Source of the DNA: Octopus sinensis
Taxonomy: Eukaryota
NCBI RefSeq assembly: GCF_006345805.1
Contig: NC_043008.1
Span: 42,842,001 to 42,906,000 of the forward strand
Reading direction: 5' to 3'
DNA length: 64,000 nucleotides
A program made the position numbers and the translations under genes. Below are positions 13,952 to 28,560 of the stretch, one piece after another (the first letter of the stretch is position 1; every line of letters starts with the position of its first letter). The notes below the pieces were generated by a model that was not told where the DNA came from, searched no databases, and saw nothing but the letters and a program-made list of their open reading frames with translations.

Positions 13952-14074
13952 AATGAAGTTCATTACATCATATCCTGTACATTTGTCACTTACTTAATTT
14001 TATATTACACTATGTAAGCGATTAATTCTTTATTCTGAAGTCTATTGATATTGAATTTTAAACAGCCTTATATT

Positions 14075-14121
<47 letters not shown>

Positions 14122-14651
14122 TATATATCATACATATATGTATATTATATATATGCACCACACAAATGTATATGCAAGTATAAGGCATGCACATGAATAT
14201 ATGTATAAGATATTTTGATATGACCGAAATGGGTGAAAGAATGTATGTAGCATATATATACACACATATATATACACACCACACACGTAGACAAGAATGT
14301 GTGTGTGTGTTGTAGGATGTTGCATTTATGAATTCGCGTATGAGATTCATTTGTTTAAAGCATTTAAATTTTAAATTTTCGTGTATCGAATCTAAATTAC
14401 TCATACATATCCGCCACACACACAAACACACACACATAGACACACACACACATACAATATTTATTCACATATATATATATATATAACAGACACATATACT
14501 CATACATACACCTCCATACATCCACAAACGCACACATACACCTCGCCATATATCTCAACATGCTCAGTATATCACTCATTGATGACTTTCCCTCTTTCTT
14601 AACCATCTGTACTTATTTACACACCTTCTCTCTCTCTCTCTCTCTCCCTCT

Positions 14652-14697
<46 letters not shown>

Positions 14698-14813
14698 TTC
14701 TCACTAGCTTTCTCTCTTACCTTTTCTCATTGTTTCTCTCTTTCTTTGTTTAGCTTTCTAAACTTATATCTCTTTTCTGATCTTTATTTCCATCTCTAAA
14801 CTTCTCTTCCCCC

Positions 14814-14862
<49 letters not shown>

Positions 14863-15024
14863 GTCTCTCTCTCTCTCTTCCTCTCTGTCTTTCTCTGTTT
14901 CTTTATCCCTCTCTCTCCTTAAATTACTCTTTCTCTCTGAACGTAAATATTTCTATAACTATTTTAAAATATTCAGATACATAAATATACTCACCCACAC
15001 ACACACTCACTCACTCACCCTCAA

Positions 15025-15070
<46 letters not shown>

Positions 15071-15552
15071 ACACACACACACACAAACACAAACACACAC
15101 CAAATAACCTCACATATACACGCATATAGCTAACCATACGCGTACACTCAGATAGCCACACATTCAAACATACACATACAGACACACATATACACACATC
15201 GATAACCGTGCATACGTACATACACAGACAAAAATACATGCATGTATACTCACCCACATATATCCAACACACACACACACACACACACACACTCATAAAT
15301 ACGCGCAGATATTCACAAACGCATACACAAATACTCACAAACGCAGAAAATCACACTCACAGACAGACACACATACACACATATACATACATACATACAT
15401 ACACACATGCACACATTACACACATATACATGTACATACATACACGTACACATACACACGCATACCCTCACGCACCTCCCTCCATTTTCCAACATTGTGT
15501 ATATTTTTCAAATCTATTATATATTTCAGAAGTAACCATTACTTTGAACGAG

Positions 15553-15880
15553 TATGTATGTATGTATGTATGTATGTATGTATGTATGTATGTATGTATG
15601 TATGTATGTATGTATGTATATATGTATGTATTTATGTATGTATTTATGTATTTATGTATGTATTTATGTATGTATGTATGTATGTATGTATGTATGTACG
15701 TATGTATGCATGTATGTATTTATGTATATGTATGTATATATGTATGTATTTATGTATGTGTGTATGTATTTATGTATGTATATATTTATGTATGTATGTG
15801 TATGCTTATATATGTGTGTATGTACGCATGTACATATGTATGTGTATGTTTGCATATATGTATATAAATATATGTGTATG
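15553..15880. repeat. (TATG)n microsatellite, pure then degenerate
   Basis: Direct reading. Confidence 0.95.
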
Positions 15881-16584
15881 TAGGTGTATATATTTGTGTA
15901 AGCTTTATCTAACGTCTATCATTATCTCAAAGAACCATTCGTTTTAGTTGCTGTTGTTATTGTTGTATACCATTAATATAACATTAAGATTAATAATTGT
16001 TTGATTATTTCTTTGAAGTGGAGAGGAAATGGTAAATCCTAACGTTCTTTCCTCTCTGACAACATTAGCTACATGGTATGTAAAATGGTTCCATCGATTG
16101 GAAATCTATCGTGTTCCTGCCTTTCTGAGCCCCAAGCATATTTATTCTGGCCACCATTAAGACCGTTTTTATTTTTCCTGGGGAATAAAAAAAATATCTT
16201 CTCGATATCGTTTTTGTTTTGCTTCTTTGTTCAATTACCTGTTGATATTTTTTTTATTTGTTTCCATTTAATTGATGTTTATTTTTGTGTTGTTTGATAA
16301 TTAATAGTTTATTTATTTCTTCCCTCTTTCTCTTTTTCCCTCTCTCTCTCATATATCAGCACGAATCATGAACCGCGAGAGATTATCCCTGGTAACAGAT
16401 AGCGGAACTATTTGATAAATGTACTCTTGTTAAATACATTAGAAATACGAGGAAAGAATTAACTGTGATCGCCGCAGAACTAGAAAGAAAAAACTTTTTA
16501 TATACAGGCAGATATGTTCAGACTCAGAGTGGAAAATGATATACACATGCAACACCGATTTTCCGAAACCTGTTATGTTACTAC

Positions 16585-16944
16585 GGCACTCTGTCGGTTA
16601 CGACGACGAGGGTTCCAGTTGATCCGATCAACGGAACAGCCTACTCGTGAAATTAACGTGCACGTGGTTGAGCACTCCACAGACACGTGTACCCTTAACG
16701 TAGTTCTCGAGGAGATTCAGGGTGACATAGAGTGTGACAAGGCTGGCCCTTTGAAATACAGGTACATCAGAAACAGGAAGAAAGAGTGAGAGAAATTTGT
16801 GGCGAAAGACTACAGCAGGGTTCACCATCACCCCTGCTGGAGGCTCGTGGAATTTTAGAAGTTTTCTCTCAATAACCACTCACAACGCCCAGGTAGGGAA
16901 TCGAAACCGCTATCCTACGAACGCGAGTCCGCTGCCCTAACAAC
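16585..16944 (-). mobile_element. tRNA-derived SINE with a distinct central domain, tail type 2
   Basis: Minus strand head GTTAGGGCAGCGGACTCGCG..GGTTTCGATTCCC; the 3' ~165 bp match the tail of the SINE at 46156-46460. Confidence 0.8.
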
Positions 16945-17158
16945 CCGTTGTATATGTAGGCTGTATAAACTAAGTATATACATTGTATACACTCAATATA
17001 CACGTTGTATAACCCAAATATATACGCTATGTAAACCAAGTGTTTTATGCATTTTGGCACTTTACTCACCCGTTGTCTCGTACAAAACAAAATGGCGTGT
17101 TCTCTCAGAGGAGTCAGTATGTCTCTGTTTTCACTGTATTATTATTATTATTATTCAA

Positions 17159-17547
17159 GGCGGCGAGCTGGCAGAGTCGTTAGCACGCCGGGCGAAAAGC
17201 TTAGCGATATTTCGTCTGCCGTAACGTTCTGAGTTCAAATTCCACCGAGGTCGACTTTGCCTTTCATCCTTTCAGGGTCGGTTAAATATGTACCAGTTAC
17301 GCACTGGGGTCGATATAAACGACTTAATCCGTTTGTCTGTTCTTGTTTGTCTTCTCTGTGTTTAGCCCCTTGTGGGTAATAAAGAAATAGGTATTTCGTC
17401 TGCCGCTAAATTCAGTTCCGCCGAGGTCGACTTTGCCTTTCAACCTTTTGGGGTTGATAAATTAAGTACCAGTTGAACACTGGGGTCGATATAATCGACT
17501 AGTCACCTCCAACAAAATTTCAAGGCCTTGTGCCTTCAATAGAAAGG

Positions 17548-17549
<2 letters not shown>
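17159..17549 (+). mobile_element. SINE (GGCGGCGAGCTGGCAG head, Meta-like domain duplicated) in (ATT)n
   Basis: B box GAGTTCAAATTCC; GTCGACTTTGCCTTTCATCCTTTC..GTACCAG present twice; several further copies in the window. The Meta-domain label is from memory. Confidence 0.85.
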
Positions 17550-17609
<60 letters not shown>

Positions 17610-17983
17610 CATTATTCGACAGTTGATAGCTTCAAGTAAATTTCTGTTGCATCACATGTTAAACCTCCATATTGCAGCATTGTGTGATGCTCTTTGGTGT
17701 TGGAGGGGAATACAAACTCTTCCCAGCATTGTATTGCATCCGTTTATTTTGTGATGGAGTTTGGGTTACAGTCTTTCGTTGTATTAGCGTTTGTATCGTG
17801 TGTTGTATTTGTGAAGCGAGTTGGGTTCTTTTGTTGGGTATCCGACCTCTAGAGAACGTCATGTTGTGGGAGTTATCTATTTTATTGTATAGAATTTGTT
17901 TTGTGTTTGTGGGCTGTTTCATTTGGGTTGTATTATTGAATTGATTTTGTCTTGCGTGTGGTTGTTGTTGTTCTTTTCTTATG

Positions 17984-18053
<70 letters not shown>

Positions 18054-18061
18054 TAATAATA

Positions 18062-18170
18062 ATGCTCTTTCAGTAACCATCAGAGCATCACAACAAATCA
18101 CAGCATATACCCAAGGCACACAGAGCTGCGCTCGGTAGTGAAGTGAAAGCACGCTATAAAAATAAAACTA

Positions 18171-18172
<2 letters not shown>
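18062..18172 (+). mobile_element. Short 3'-end-like retroelement fragment inserted in (TAA)n, probably R4/Dong type
   Basis: 110 bp of unique sequence with (AAT)n on both sides in the same polarity; Dong elements are known to target TAA repeats. Confidence 0.5.
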
Positions 18173-18229
<57 letters not shown>

Positions 18230-18254
18230 AATAATAATAATAATAATAATAATA

Positions 18255-18296
<42 letters not shown>

Positions 18297-18817
18297 TGAT
18301 GGTGATGATGATGATGATGATGATAATTCATATTTGATATTATTCTTCAAATTTAAGATTATTGCCCTACATATTTAATATAATTCATGTAATTGTATCT
18401 ACAGGAAATCTTAACCGCTGACAAATAGCAATGATTGCTTCACGATTAAGATTTCTAAAGATAAATTCCTATCTGTTTAAACATTCCTAAAACAGATCAA
18501 TGCATGAAGATGATTGAAGAGGTCGATAACGCTATTGTGTTACGAAGTCTTAACAATGATACACAAACGACAAGAAGCTCGGATGCAAAATACACGTTGG
18601 GAATAACATGTATATATTTACTGTAAGATCTCAGCACAAACACAACGCTGATGTCTTGTTGGTTGTTAAGTGCAATCGCATCTATTTGTGACCGGGATTT
18701 GTACTTTAGCTTCAGTTATTTTCATAAAATGAGATCTCTCTCTCTCTTTCTTTCTCTCTCTCTCTCTCTCTCTCAACTTTAGCCACACATAATTATATAT
18801 GGAGAGATAATAGTGAA

Positions 18818-19112
18818 GGCGTGTGGCCTGGTGATGAGGGCTTTGCACTCACGATCACTACATCGTGGTTTCGATTCCCGGACCGAGAGGCGGGTATTGT
18901 TCTTCAGCAAAACACTTTATTTCACACTGTTCCAGTCCACTCACCTGTAAAGGGGCCACCCCCGCAATGGACTAAATTTCCGGTCAGGGGGTAGAACGTT
19001 GTCCCGCCCGCCTAGGCAGCGGGGTAGTATCATTAGAAAAGGAAAGCGATGCAAAGCCAATTGTGACCAGTGATGTATAACAACAACCGATAGTCTGGTA
19101 GATCACGTGATA
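18818..19112 (+). mobile_element. tRNA-derived SINE with CORE-like domain, tail type 3
   Basis: GGCGTGTGGCCTGGTG..GGTTTCGATTCCCGG, then CAGCAAAACACTTTATTTCAC..CCAGTCCACTCA. Confidence 0.75.
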
Positions 19113-19270
19113 AATAGATAATATAACACCCACTAATGCAGTATTTGAAAGAAAAAATATATCATATATGGTCAAATGTGTAGCTATTTATCGCAGTATT
19201 TTGTAACCATTTTTGCTCACTTTGAAGTCCCTTACACCCACCAATATATATATATATATATTTATATATA

Positions 19271-19635
19271 GCTGTGTGGTAAGTAGCTTGCTTACCAACC
19301 ACATGGTTCCGGGTTTAGGCCCACTGCGTGACACTTAGGGCAAATGTTCATAGCCCCGGGTCGACCAAAGTCTTGTGAGTGGATTTGGTAGACTGAAACT
19401 GAATAAAGCCCGTCGTATATATATATATATATATATGCATGCATTTGTGTGTCTGTGTTTGTCCCCCACCATCATTTTGACAACCGATGTTAGTGTGTTT
19501 ACATTTCCGTAACTTAGCGGTTTGGCAAAAGAAACTGATAGAATAAGTACTAGGCTTTCAAAGAATAAGTCCCGTGGTTGATTTGTTTGACTAAAGGCGC
19601 AGTCAAAATGACTGAAACAAGTAAAAGATTAAAAG
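19271..19635 (+). mobile_element. tRNA-derived SINE with internal (TA/TG)n microsatellite
   Basis: GCTGTGTGGTAAGTAGCTTGCTTACCAACCACATGGTTCCGGGTT..GGGCAA..internal TA tract..GACTGAAACAAGTAAAAGA; full copy also at 54765-55150. Confidence 0.85.
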
Positions 19636-20160
19636 AACAATACAATACAATAAATAACCATTATGGTTTGCACAAAGAAGAATATTTCTATGGTTTTGAA
19701 TTGGTTTGATTTGTTTATAATTAATTGTACGTTAATTGGATCTTGAAGAGTGGAAAATATAGAATTGGTCAGCATTGAAAATGCTTAGATTCCATGTTAA
19801 GATTCTACGGAGATGTGATTGCTTAGGTCAGTGCTCGGGACGTGAAGTGGAGCAAAGATCACATTTTCTCTCGTATAAATCGCTAATCTGCCAAAGTAAA
19901 ACACACAGGTCGTTTTAATCCTATTACAGACATCCAGGATGAACCGGGATGTACTAAGGTGGTTCATAACATCTGATAAGTTTGATTCGGGTGACTGATC
20001 ACCACCCCCTATAAAATATTGCTTAAGTGGGGCGTGACAATATTTTGGTGGTGTGAGGGGCTTCAGAATCGAAGGTAATTAACAACCGAAAAAAAAACTA
20101 GCTAAGTATGTGTGTGTATATATGTGTATATGTATATATATGTATACATACATACATACA

Positions 20161-20222
<62 letters not shown>

Positions 20223-20226
<4 letters not shown>

Positions 20227-20354
20227 TGTGTGGTGAGAAGTTTACTTACCAACCACATGGTTCCGAGTTCAGTCACACTGCGTGGCGCCTCGGTCCCACC
20301 AATGCATCGTGAGTGCACTTGGTAGACGGAAATGAAAAGAAACCCGATATATAT

Positions 20355-20385
<31 letters not shown>
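20223..20385 (+). mobile_element. 5' fragment of the microsatellite-containing SINE
   Basis: Similarity to 19271-19415 with an internal deletion. Confidence 0.75.
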
Positions 20386-20388
<3 letters not shown>

Positions 20389-20831
20389 GGGATATGTACG
20401 TATTTCGATGGTTGTGGATTGCACTTACATGACTGTGTCATCCGTTAAACTACTTTTGTTGCTTTTTAATTGTAATTGATTTATGATTGAATAGTTAACG
20501 CTCACGCTTGTAATACATAGACATTTGAATTACATTTTACAACCCAGCCGTCCTTTCACACGGAATTTCGTCTTTTTCTAAACCATGACCCTAAGGTGAC
20601 TTTATATATAATGGAACTGTGATTATGTATATCAGAAAAATATATATTAGTCGAAACAATTTCTTGGCCTTTTATGGTTTTTATAATTATTATGATGCTA
20701 TATTACATTCATAGTATTTAATGTAATATTGTAATATAAATAAATTATTGGATTGTCAGTTGTATATCTCTATATTTAATTTCTCTGTCTCTCTGTCTCT
20801 ATCTCCTCTCTATATATATATAGTAAATATA

Positions 20832-20891
<60 letters not shown>

Positions 20892-21126
20892 ATGTATATA
20901 TATATAATATACATATATGTATGTATCTATATATATATATATGTATATATATATATAGTAATATATATATATGGTGTGTGTGTATAAAGACTACATGTAT
21001 GGTGAAAAATGCAACTATTTATAGTACCGTTTCGCAACCATTTTTTTCCCATTGCTCCACTTTCTTGTTACCGCAAAACACCTTTAAAGAAGTTAATAGT
21101 AAATATATATATATATATATATATTA

Positions 21127-21169
<43 letters not shown>

Positions 21170-21208
21170 GTATATATATATAATATTATGTATATATATA
21201 TATATATA

Positions 21209-21264
<56 letters not shown>

Positions 21265-21296
21265 GTGTAATATATATATATATATATATATATATC

Positions 21297-21367
<71 letters not shown>

Positions 21368-21439
21368 TAATATATACATATATATATATATATATAATAT
21401 ATATATATATATACACATATATATACACACACATATACG

Positions 21440-21471
<32 letters not shown>

Positions 21472-21478
21472 ATATAGT

Positions 21479-21521
<43 letters not shown>

Positions 21522-21681
21522 TTACCTCTGTATTTCACCTGCCTGAAAAATATGTATTGTCATATCAACCAATCATCGATCGCACGAAACAGGTGTAAAG
21601 ATAAGACTTGATTAAATCATGTAAATTCTATATGCAATTTTCATATAAATACATTTTTTACGAACATTATCATCTGTTATC

Positions 21682-21719
<38 letters not shown>

Positions 21720-22258
21720 TGTGTAAGTGCGCGTGTGTGTGCGTGTATGTTTACATATATAAATACATGCACTTTTACATTCAAATATATAAACTTGCGT
21801 ATTTACACACACACATACACACATATATGTACCTTTGTGTAAAGATATAAAAGCTTGTAATACATACATATATACGTACACACACACACAAACAAACACA
21901 CGCATACACACACAAACACACATAGACACCCACAAGCACACACACGTGTGATACAGATTGAATATATTTAGTCTTTCCTGTCAACACACTGAAGGCTCCA
22001 TAACTATTCTCGAAACTTCCAGTTTATTTTATAATTACCGAGTTTCCACAAATAATTACCAGTCTGTAAATAAATAATTTTGCTCGATATTTCATTTTAA
22101 CCTTTATTCTTCCTAATTTATACAGGACATATATAGACATCCGTATGTATTCCTGTCTGCCCGTCTATCGGCTTATCACATATACATTCGTGCATACTCC
22201 ACTCCATATACATACATACACATACACACACATATATATATATGTATATATATATAGA

Positions 22259-22308
<50 letters not shown>

Positions 22309-22565
22309 ATATATTATATATGTATATATATACATATATAAATATGTATGTATATATATATATATGTATATATAGGTGTGTGTATATATATTTTTTGCAT
22401 GATATATATTTGTATCTATGTGTATATAAAATGTATATATGTATGTATGTTTATATATATATATATATATTTATTTAGTATATATATATATAATATGTAT
22501 ACGTATATATGAATTTATGTATGTATGTATATATATATGTATGCGTGTATGTATATATATGTATG

Positions 22566-22605
<40 letters not shown>

Positions 22606-22615
<10 letters not shown>

Positions 22616-22997
22616 TATTAGAGACAAAACCACTATTTTGCAAAACAAACAAGGAAAGACTTAATCAATACATAAAATTTTAATAATAGTCAAAAAAACC
22701 GCCACTACAATTGTTACTTGTCTTGATCGACAATCTTCAGGTGGACTTCCAATAAGTCTCATAATTTGAAACTGACTTATTGGAAGTCCACCTGAAGATT
22801 GTCGATCAAGACAAGTAACAATTGTAGTGGCGGTTTTTTTGACTATTTATTAAAATTTTATGTATTGATTAAGTCTTTCCTTGTTTGTTTTGCAAAATAG
22901 TGGTTTTGTCTCTAATAATATTTTATAATATTTTACTATAAAATTGGATTTAATCCTAATCTGATTTTTTCCCTGTAAATTTGGATTTATTCCCTAA

Positions 22998-23000
<3 letters not shown>
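22606..23000. mobile_element. PLE-like terminal element with a near-perfect 153/154-bp inverted duplication
   Basis: Arms 22606-22758 and 22774-22927, 15-nt spacer, one indel seen; right copy extends to ~23000; flanked by (TA)n. Confidence 0.85.
22788..22830 (+). ncRNA. Minimal hammerhead-like motif, GAAA changed to GTAA; mirror copy at 22702-22744 (-)
   Basis: CCAC CTGAAGA TTGTC GATCAA GACAA GTAA CAATTG TA GTGG; stems I and II perfect, palindromic stem III. Confidence 0.65.
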
Positions 23001-23070
<70 letters not shown>

Positions 23071-23214
23071 TTATATATATATATATGTATATGCATATAT
23101 GTGCGTTTCTCGGCTGTTTGGTGCAATTGCCAGAAACACTCTTTTCGAATTGAATGCTTTTAGAAGTTGATGATTCCACGGATTTTAAAATCAGCAGGTG
23201 AGGCAATCATCGAC

Positions 23215-23865
23215 TAGCCTTAGGTAATATTTCAGAACTGAACAACTGCAGTTGTAAGAGAAACTATTGATAAGAATGTAAAAGTGTAGACATCTTCACG
23301 TGGAACACGTTGTAATGAAGTTGGAATATGATACATAAAATTATGCGAATGGTCAGGTTGTCAAACGTCGAGGATGAATCAGTTGTATCTAATGGTAAGG
23401 AATTGGACTTTAATGATGAAGGCCGAAAAGAACTTTTTAAGGAACTTGTCGTAGAGTATCTAAATATAAGAAGTGAAATACACCGCCATCTTGAGACCAA
23501 ATGTTGTTACAAATACACTACATGTTTACACTGATTATTTGGAGCTGTTGACCATCATCGGCATCCATGACATGAACAAAGTGGTCTGCATAAGAATTTT
23601 GGGGTCTATACAAAGAAAATAGTAAATTAGGGGCCGGAAGTTGTATATTAAGGGTTCCTGGAAAAAATTTGCTTTTGATGTATTTGTTGCATCTCGAACG
23701 ATTTACATAGTTCAACCTACACAGGTGAATGTGTGACAAACAAAATAGAAATTTTGGAAGAAATATCTATAAAACTAATTGTTAAACATCGAACGTATGT
23801 ATGAGGGTTCACCAAAGTAAAATAGTCGTCGAAGGGGTCCGTAGATAAAAAAAAACCCACGGCTT
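23215..23865 (+). mobile_element. Possible highly decayed hAT (Charlie/Buster-like) remnant
   Basis: Weak residual peptide resemblance (..ISELNN.QL..LI..CKSV.IF..) and a GGGGTCCGTAGATAAAAA subterminal-like motif; many stops. Confidence 0.3.
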
Positions 23866-24132
23866 TACTGCCTCACAGGTTATCTAAATTTCAAAATTGT
23901 ATCAACGTATACTTAATGTAACAATACCTAGTGCACATTTAAAAACCATAAACACAAATTTTTCATTTTGCACCAGGAACTTACACAGAGCTTACGATGT
24001 GCGAATATATTTGATGCACGTTCGAACTGGGGATCAAGCTACTGACTGCGTTTTGTCACGGAGAATACATCTCGCTTGTTGACAAATGCTGTATCAAGCA
24101 TATTCGGAATGATAATGACATTGCATATTCTG

Positions 24133-24395
24133 TTGTGTCTGGGGTGAGTCATTTTCTTTTTGTGCCTTACAATTTAACACACTCATCGGTAAAATTTACA
24201 CTTCGACACTATTGAAAAGGTTGTAAGACTCAACGAAAATTTTAGGAAAATAAAAATGAGAAATAAGTGGAAATTTAACCGGTGAGTGTGTTACATTATA
24301 AGGCACAAAAAGAAAATGACTCTCCCCAGACACAACAGAATATACCTCAACACACAAACTCACATAAAGAATCTTGCAAACCGAATCCAAAAATG
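24133..24395. mobile_element. Fold-back PLE-like element, same family as 8268-8815
   Basis: 24133-24200 is the reverse complement of 24266-24335; shares CAACACAC..CACATAAAGAATCTTGCAAACC with 8767-8800. Confidence 0.75.
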
Positions 24396-24545
24396 AAATG
24401 GCATTGCGATTTCACTTATCACTGCTTAACGCTCCCCCACCCGTAATTTACATAAAACTGTTACCTATAGATTAATTAACATAATTTATGCAATTGGCCA
24501 CGGAAGTAAAGCATTACATGAACGTACATTCAATGTATCATTATT

Positions 24546-24712
24546 TTTCTTTTACTTGTTTCAGTCATTAGAGCGCGGCCATGCTGGGGCACCGCCTTGA
24601 AAAATTTTAGTCGAATGAATCGACCCAAGTAGTTTTTCAATCGGTCTCTTTTCTCACAAGGAAGTAAACACACCAATACAGGTTCTCAAGCGGTGGTGGG
24701 GGAAAACAGTCA
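24546..24712 (-). mobile_element. 3' fragment of the microsatellite-containing SINE
   Basis: CTTTTACTTGTTTCAGTCATT..GCGGCCATGCTGGGGCACCGCC is the reverse complement of the family tail. Confidence 0.75.
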
Positions 24713-25206
24713 CACATACACACACACACACACACACACGGACACACACACCACACTTACACACAGACACGCACACAGACACATACACACGATGGTTTCA
24801 ATGGATTCTTTTATTTACATCCATTTCTATATCTTTGGATGGCGTTGCTTGGTTTGTATTCATACAGGAGAGAGTACTGACATACACACGTATATACATA
24901 CACTCATGCATACACACACATATATATATACACATATATACATACATACATAGATACATACACAAATACACACACACGTACATACAAACATACATACATA
25001 TATAGATTGGTACGTAGATAGATACATACATATATAACTATATACTTATACATACTTATACATATAAACGTACAGTATATAGATATTTATAGTCGTGTGT
25101 ATATACATGTGCATGAACGTGAATATATATGTTCGTGTATGTGTGTATGATTATATATATTTATATCTGCATACATGCATAATTATACATGTATAATATA
25201 TATTTA

Positions 25207-25252
<46 letters not shown>

Positions 25253-26484
25253 CATATGCATATATATATGCATGCACACACAACACATAAATATAGTGGA
25301 TACAGATACATACAGACACATGTAATAGGCGTTTTTATGAATTTTAGTATATGTATTATCTATGTATAGTGTGTTATGTATGTGCGTGTGTGCGTGTGTC
25401 AATGTCTGCATGTGTGGGCGTATATATATTATATATATGCATACATACCTTCATACATATATATGTACATATATTCACCTATATATAAATAAAAAATATA
25501 TATATACATATATATACATATAAGTATATATGCATATATCCATATGCATATTTATATATATGTATACACATATGTGTGTGTGTTTATATGAGTCAATTAT
25601 TGTATAAAAATTGCAGAATAATGTATATAAACTAACAGTCTCCGACGACGGAATATCTGTGGTTTGTATATATACATATATATATATATATGGACTTTTA
25701 TGTGTATATGTATATACATATATGCAAACTCATACACACACATATACATACATACGTACGTCCATACACTGAAACAGCTACAGGTGCGAGCGTATATGTA
25801 TATATATATATATATGTATGTATACACACGTATATACATGTTTATATACACACGCACAGATATCCAAGTTGCCATACAGGGTTCGCTGTGGTGATGCATA
25901 TAACAACTAAAGCTTAACCCATTATGCAAACGAAAATGTGCATTAAAATGCATCTGCCAATGAAAATTGCATTAAATTATGCAGTTAATGTGCAAAGTAT
26001 CTAAAAATCGATACACATGTTGCTTACAGTCGTTTGATGTGGCGGTCGGGGTGGCGGTCGTGGTGGGGGCGCCTTGGATTTTGTTTTTTTTTATCTATCG
26101 TATTTTATTGTTTGCAATTTTGATGTTTTTGATGTTTTTAATGTTTTTGGTGTTGTTGTTGTTGTTGTTGCAGTTGTAGTGGTGGTGGTAGTTATGTTGG
26201 TAGTTGTTGTGAGGGTGGTGGTTGTTGTGGTGGTGGTGGCGGGGGTTCGCGGGCGGTTTATTCATTGTTGCTGCGGTTGTGATATGACAATCGTTTGCAT
26301 TATCGCAACTACAACAACATGCAGCAATAACACTGTCATCATCATCAAAAACAACAACAACAACCAACTACTACTACTACTACTTTGACAACGACGACGA
26401 AGATAACAAGAACAGGTACATCACAAAGAGATGTAAAGAAAGATAAAGAAGGTTCGTAACAGAGAGAGAGAGAGAGAGGGACAG

Positions 26485-26516
<32 letters not shown>

Positions 26517-26691
26517 CAGAAAGAAAGAAAGAGAGATAGAGAGGGATAATATATATATATATATATATGTATATAGAGAGAGACCATAGCAGCCAAAGAA
26601 TCGTCGAAATCCATCTTCTGTCTCTGTTCCTCTTTCACGGCTCTCTCTCTTTCTTACTCATTCTTTCTTCCTTTCTGTGCGTGTATATACA

Positions 26692-26746
<55 letters not shown>

Positions 26747-27231
26747 AGATATATATATATATGTGTGGTGTGTGTTGTATATATACATTATTTACATATA
26801 TACGTATGTATATACATATATATTATTTACATATATACTATATATATATTGTATATAATTTGTGTATATATATATATACACATATATATATGTACATATA
26901 TACATATACATATATATACATATATATTATGTATGTATTATATATATACATATATATATATACACAAACACATATATAGTATATATATATATATACACAC
27001 ATAATATATATACTATATACATATAAATATATATGTATTTACATCTATACATATATATAATGTATATAAGTTGTGTATTATATATATATACACATATATA
27101 TATGACATATATACATATACATTAATACATATATATGTATGTATGTATATATATATATACTATATATATACACAAACACATATATATGTATATATATATA
27201 ATTACACACATATATATATATACATATATAC

Positions 27232-27266
<35 letters not shown>

Positions 27267-28309
27267 TACATGCATATATATATATATGTATATGTACCTA
27301 TATGTATGTATTTGTATATATATACATATATATATACATACATAAATACATATATACATACTTATATGTATATATGTATATATATCTATACATATATATG
27401 TTTGTATATATGTATATATATATGTATTCATATATACACAAACCTACATCCAACCCCACCACCACCACCACCACCACCACCACTACATATATATTTATAT
27501 ATACTTATAGATATATACTCTTTGTTTTTCACCCATTCTCCGTTTCTCTCTTCCAGATACACAATAGAAATACTGATAGAATGTCAAGATATGGCCACAG
27601 TTCAGGCCCTGCAACAAAGTAGTAGATGTAGTAGTAGTAGCAGTAGTGGTGGTGGTGGTAGTAGTCGCTGTCGTAGTATTTCCTGCTATTACTTAATTTA
27701 TTGTTTCTCGCAATCGTTATTGCTCGTGTATCTGTTGTTATCGATGATCACTGCACTCTTATCATAAACACACACATACATACACACATACATACACACA
27801 TACATATATATATGTAGATAATATGTAAATATATAAATAAACGTATACATACGTATTAAATATAGGTGCCATATATATATGTATATGTATGCATGTATAT
27901 ATATGTATGTATGTGTCTGAGTGTTTGTGTGTGTGTATGCATATATATATATATATATGTTATGTATATATATATATATTATATAATATATATAGATATA
28001 ATATATATAATACATTTTTCTGTATGTCATATTTAATGCAGATAATCTATGGTAAACCTCAAAACTTCAACATTCGCCTCGAGAAAGCGTCTCCTATAGA
28101 CGTGCGATGTTAAAAAAAGCACAAAGATATATCAGTAGCAGACGAAAAGTGTTTAGCAGTGGTGGATTGGTTAAAAAAGGTATTTCTCCTTCCTTGAGTG
28201 TCATCAATCATTGACAGCCACGTTTTAAAACACGTGTCTATGTGTATACATACATGCATACATACATACATATATACATACATTTATATATACACACAGA
28301 TATTCTAGC

Positions 28310-28367
<58 letters not shown>

Positions 28368-28409
28368 ATTATATATATATATATATATATAATATATCTT
28401 TTAAACTTT

Positions 28410-28560
28410 TTCTCTTACTTGTTTCAATCATTAGACTGTGGCTATGCTGAGGTGCTTCTTGAAGAACCTTTAGTTGAATGAATCGACCCCTAATAATATT
28501 GTTAAGCTTACTTCTATTGGTATATTCTTTTTATTCTATTGGTATGCGAAAAATATTAAC
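28410..28560 (-). mobile_element. Diverged 3' fragment of the microsatellite-containing SINE
   Basis: TTACTTGTTTCAATCATTAGACTGTGGCTATGCTG..AATCGACCCC. Confidence 0.65.

Noticed and set aside
21540-22030. Further hammerhead-like scraps (GAAACAGGTGTA at ~21585; CTGAAG..GAAACTTCCAGTT at ~21989)
   Set aside because: Core and stems are too degraded to call, although they may be ancient copies.
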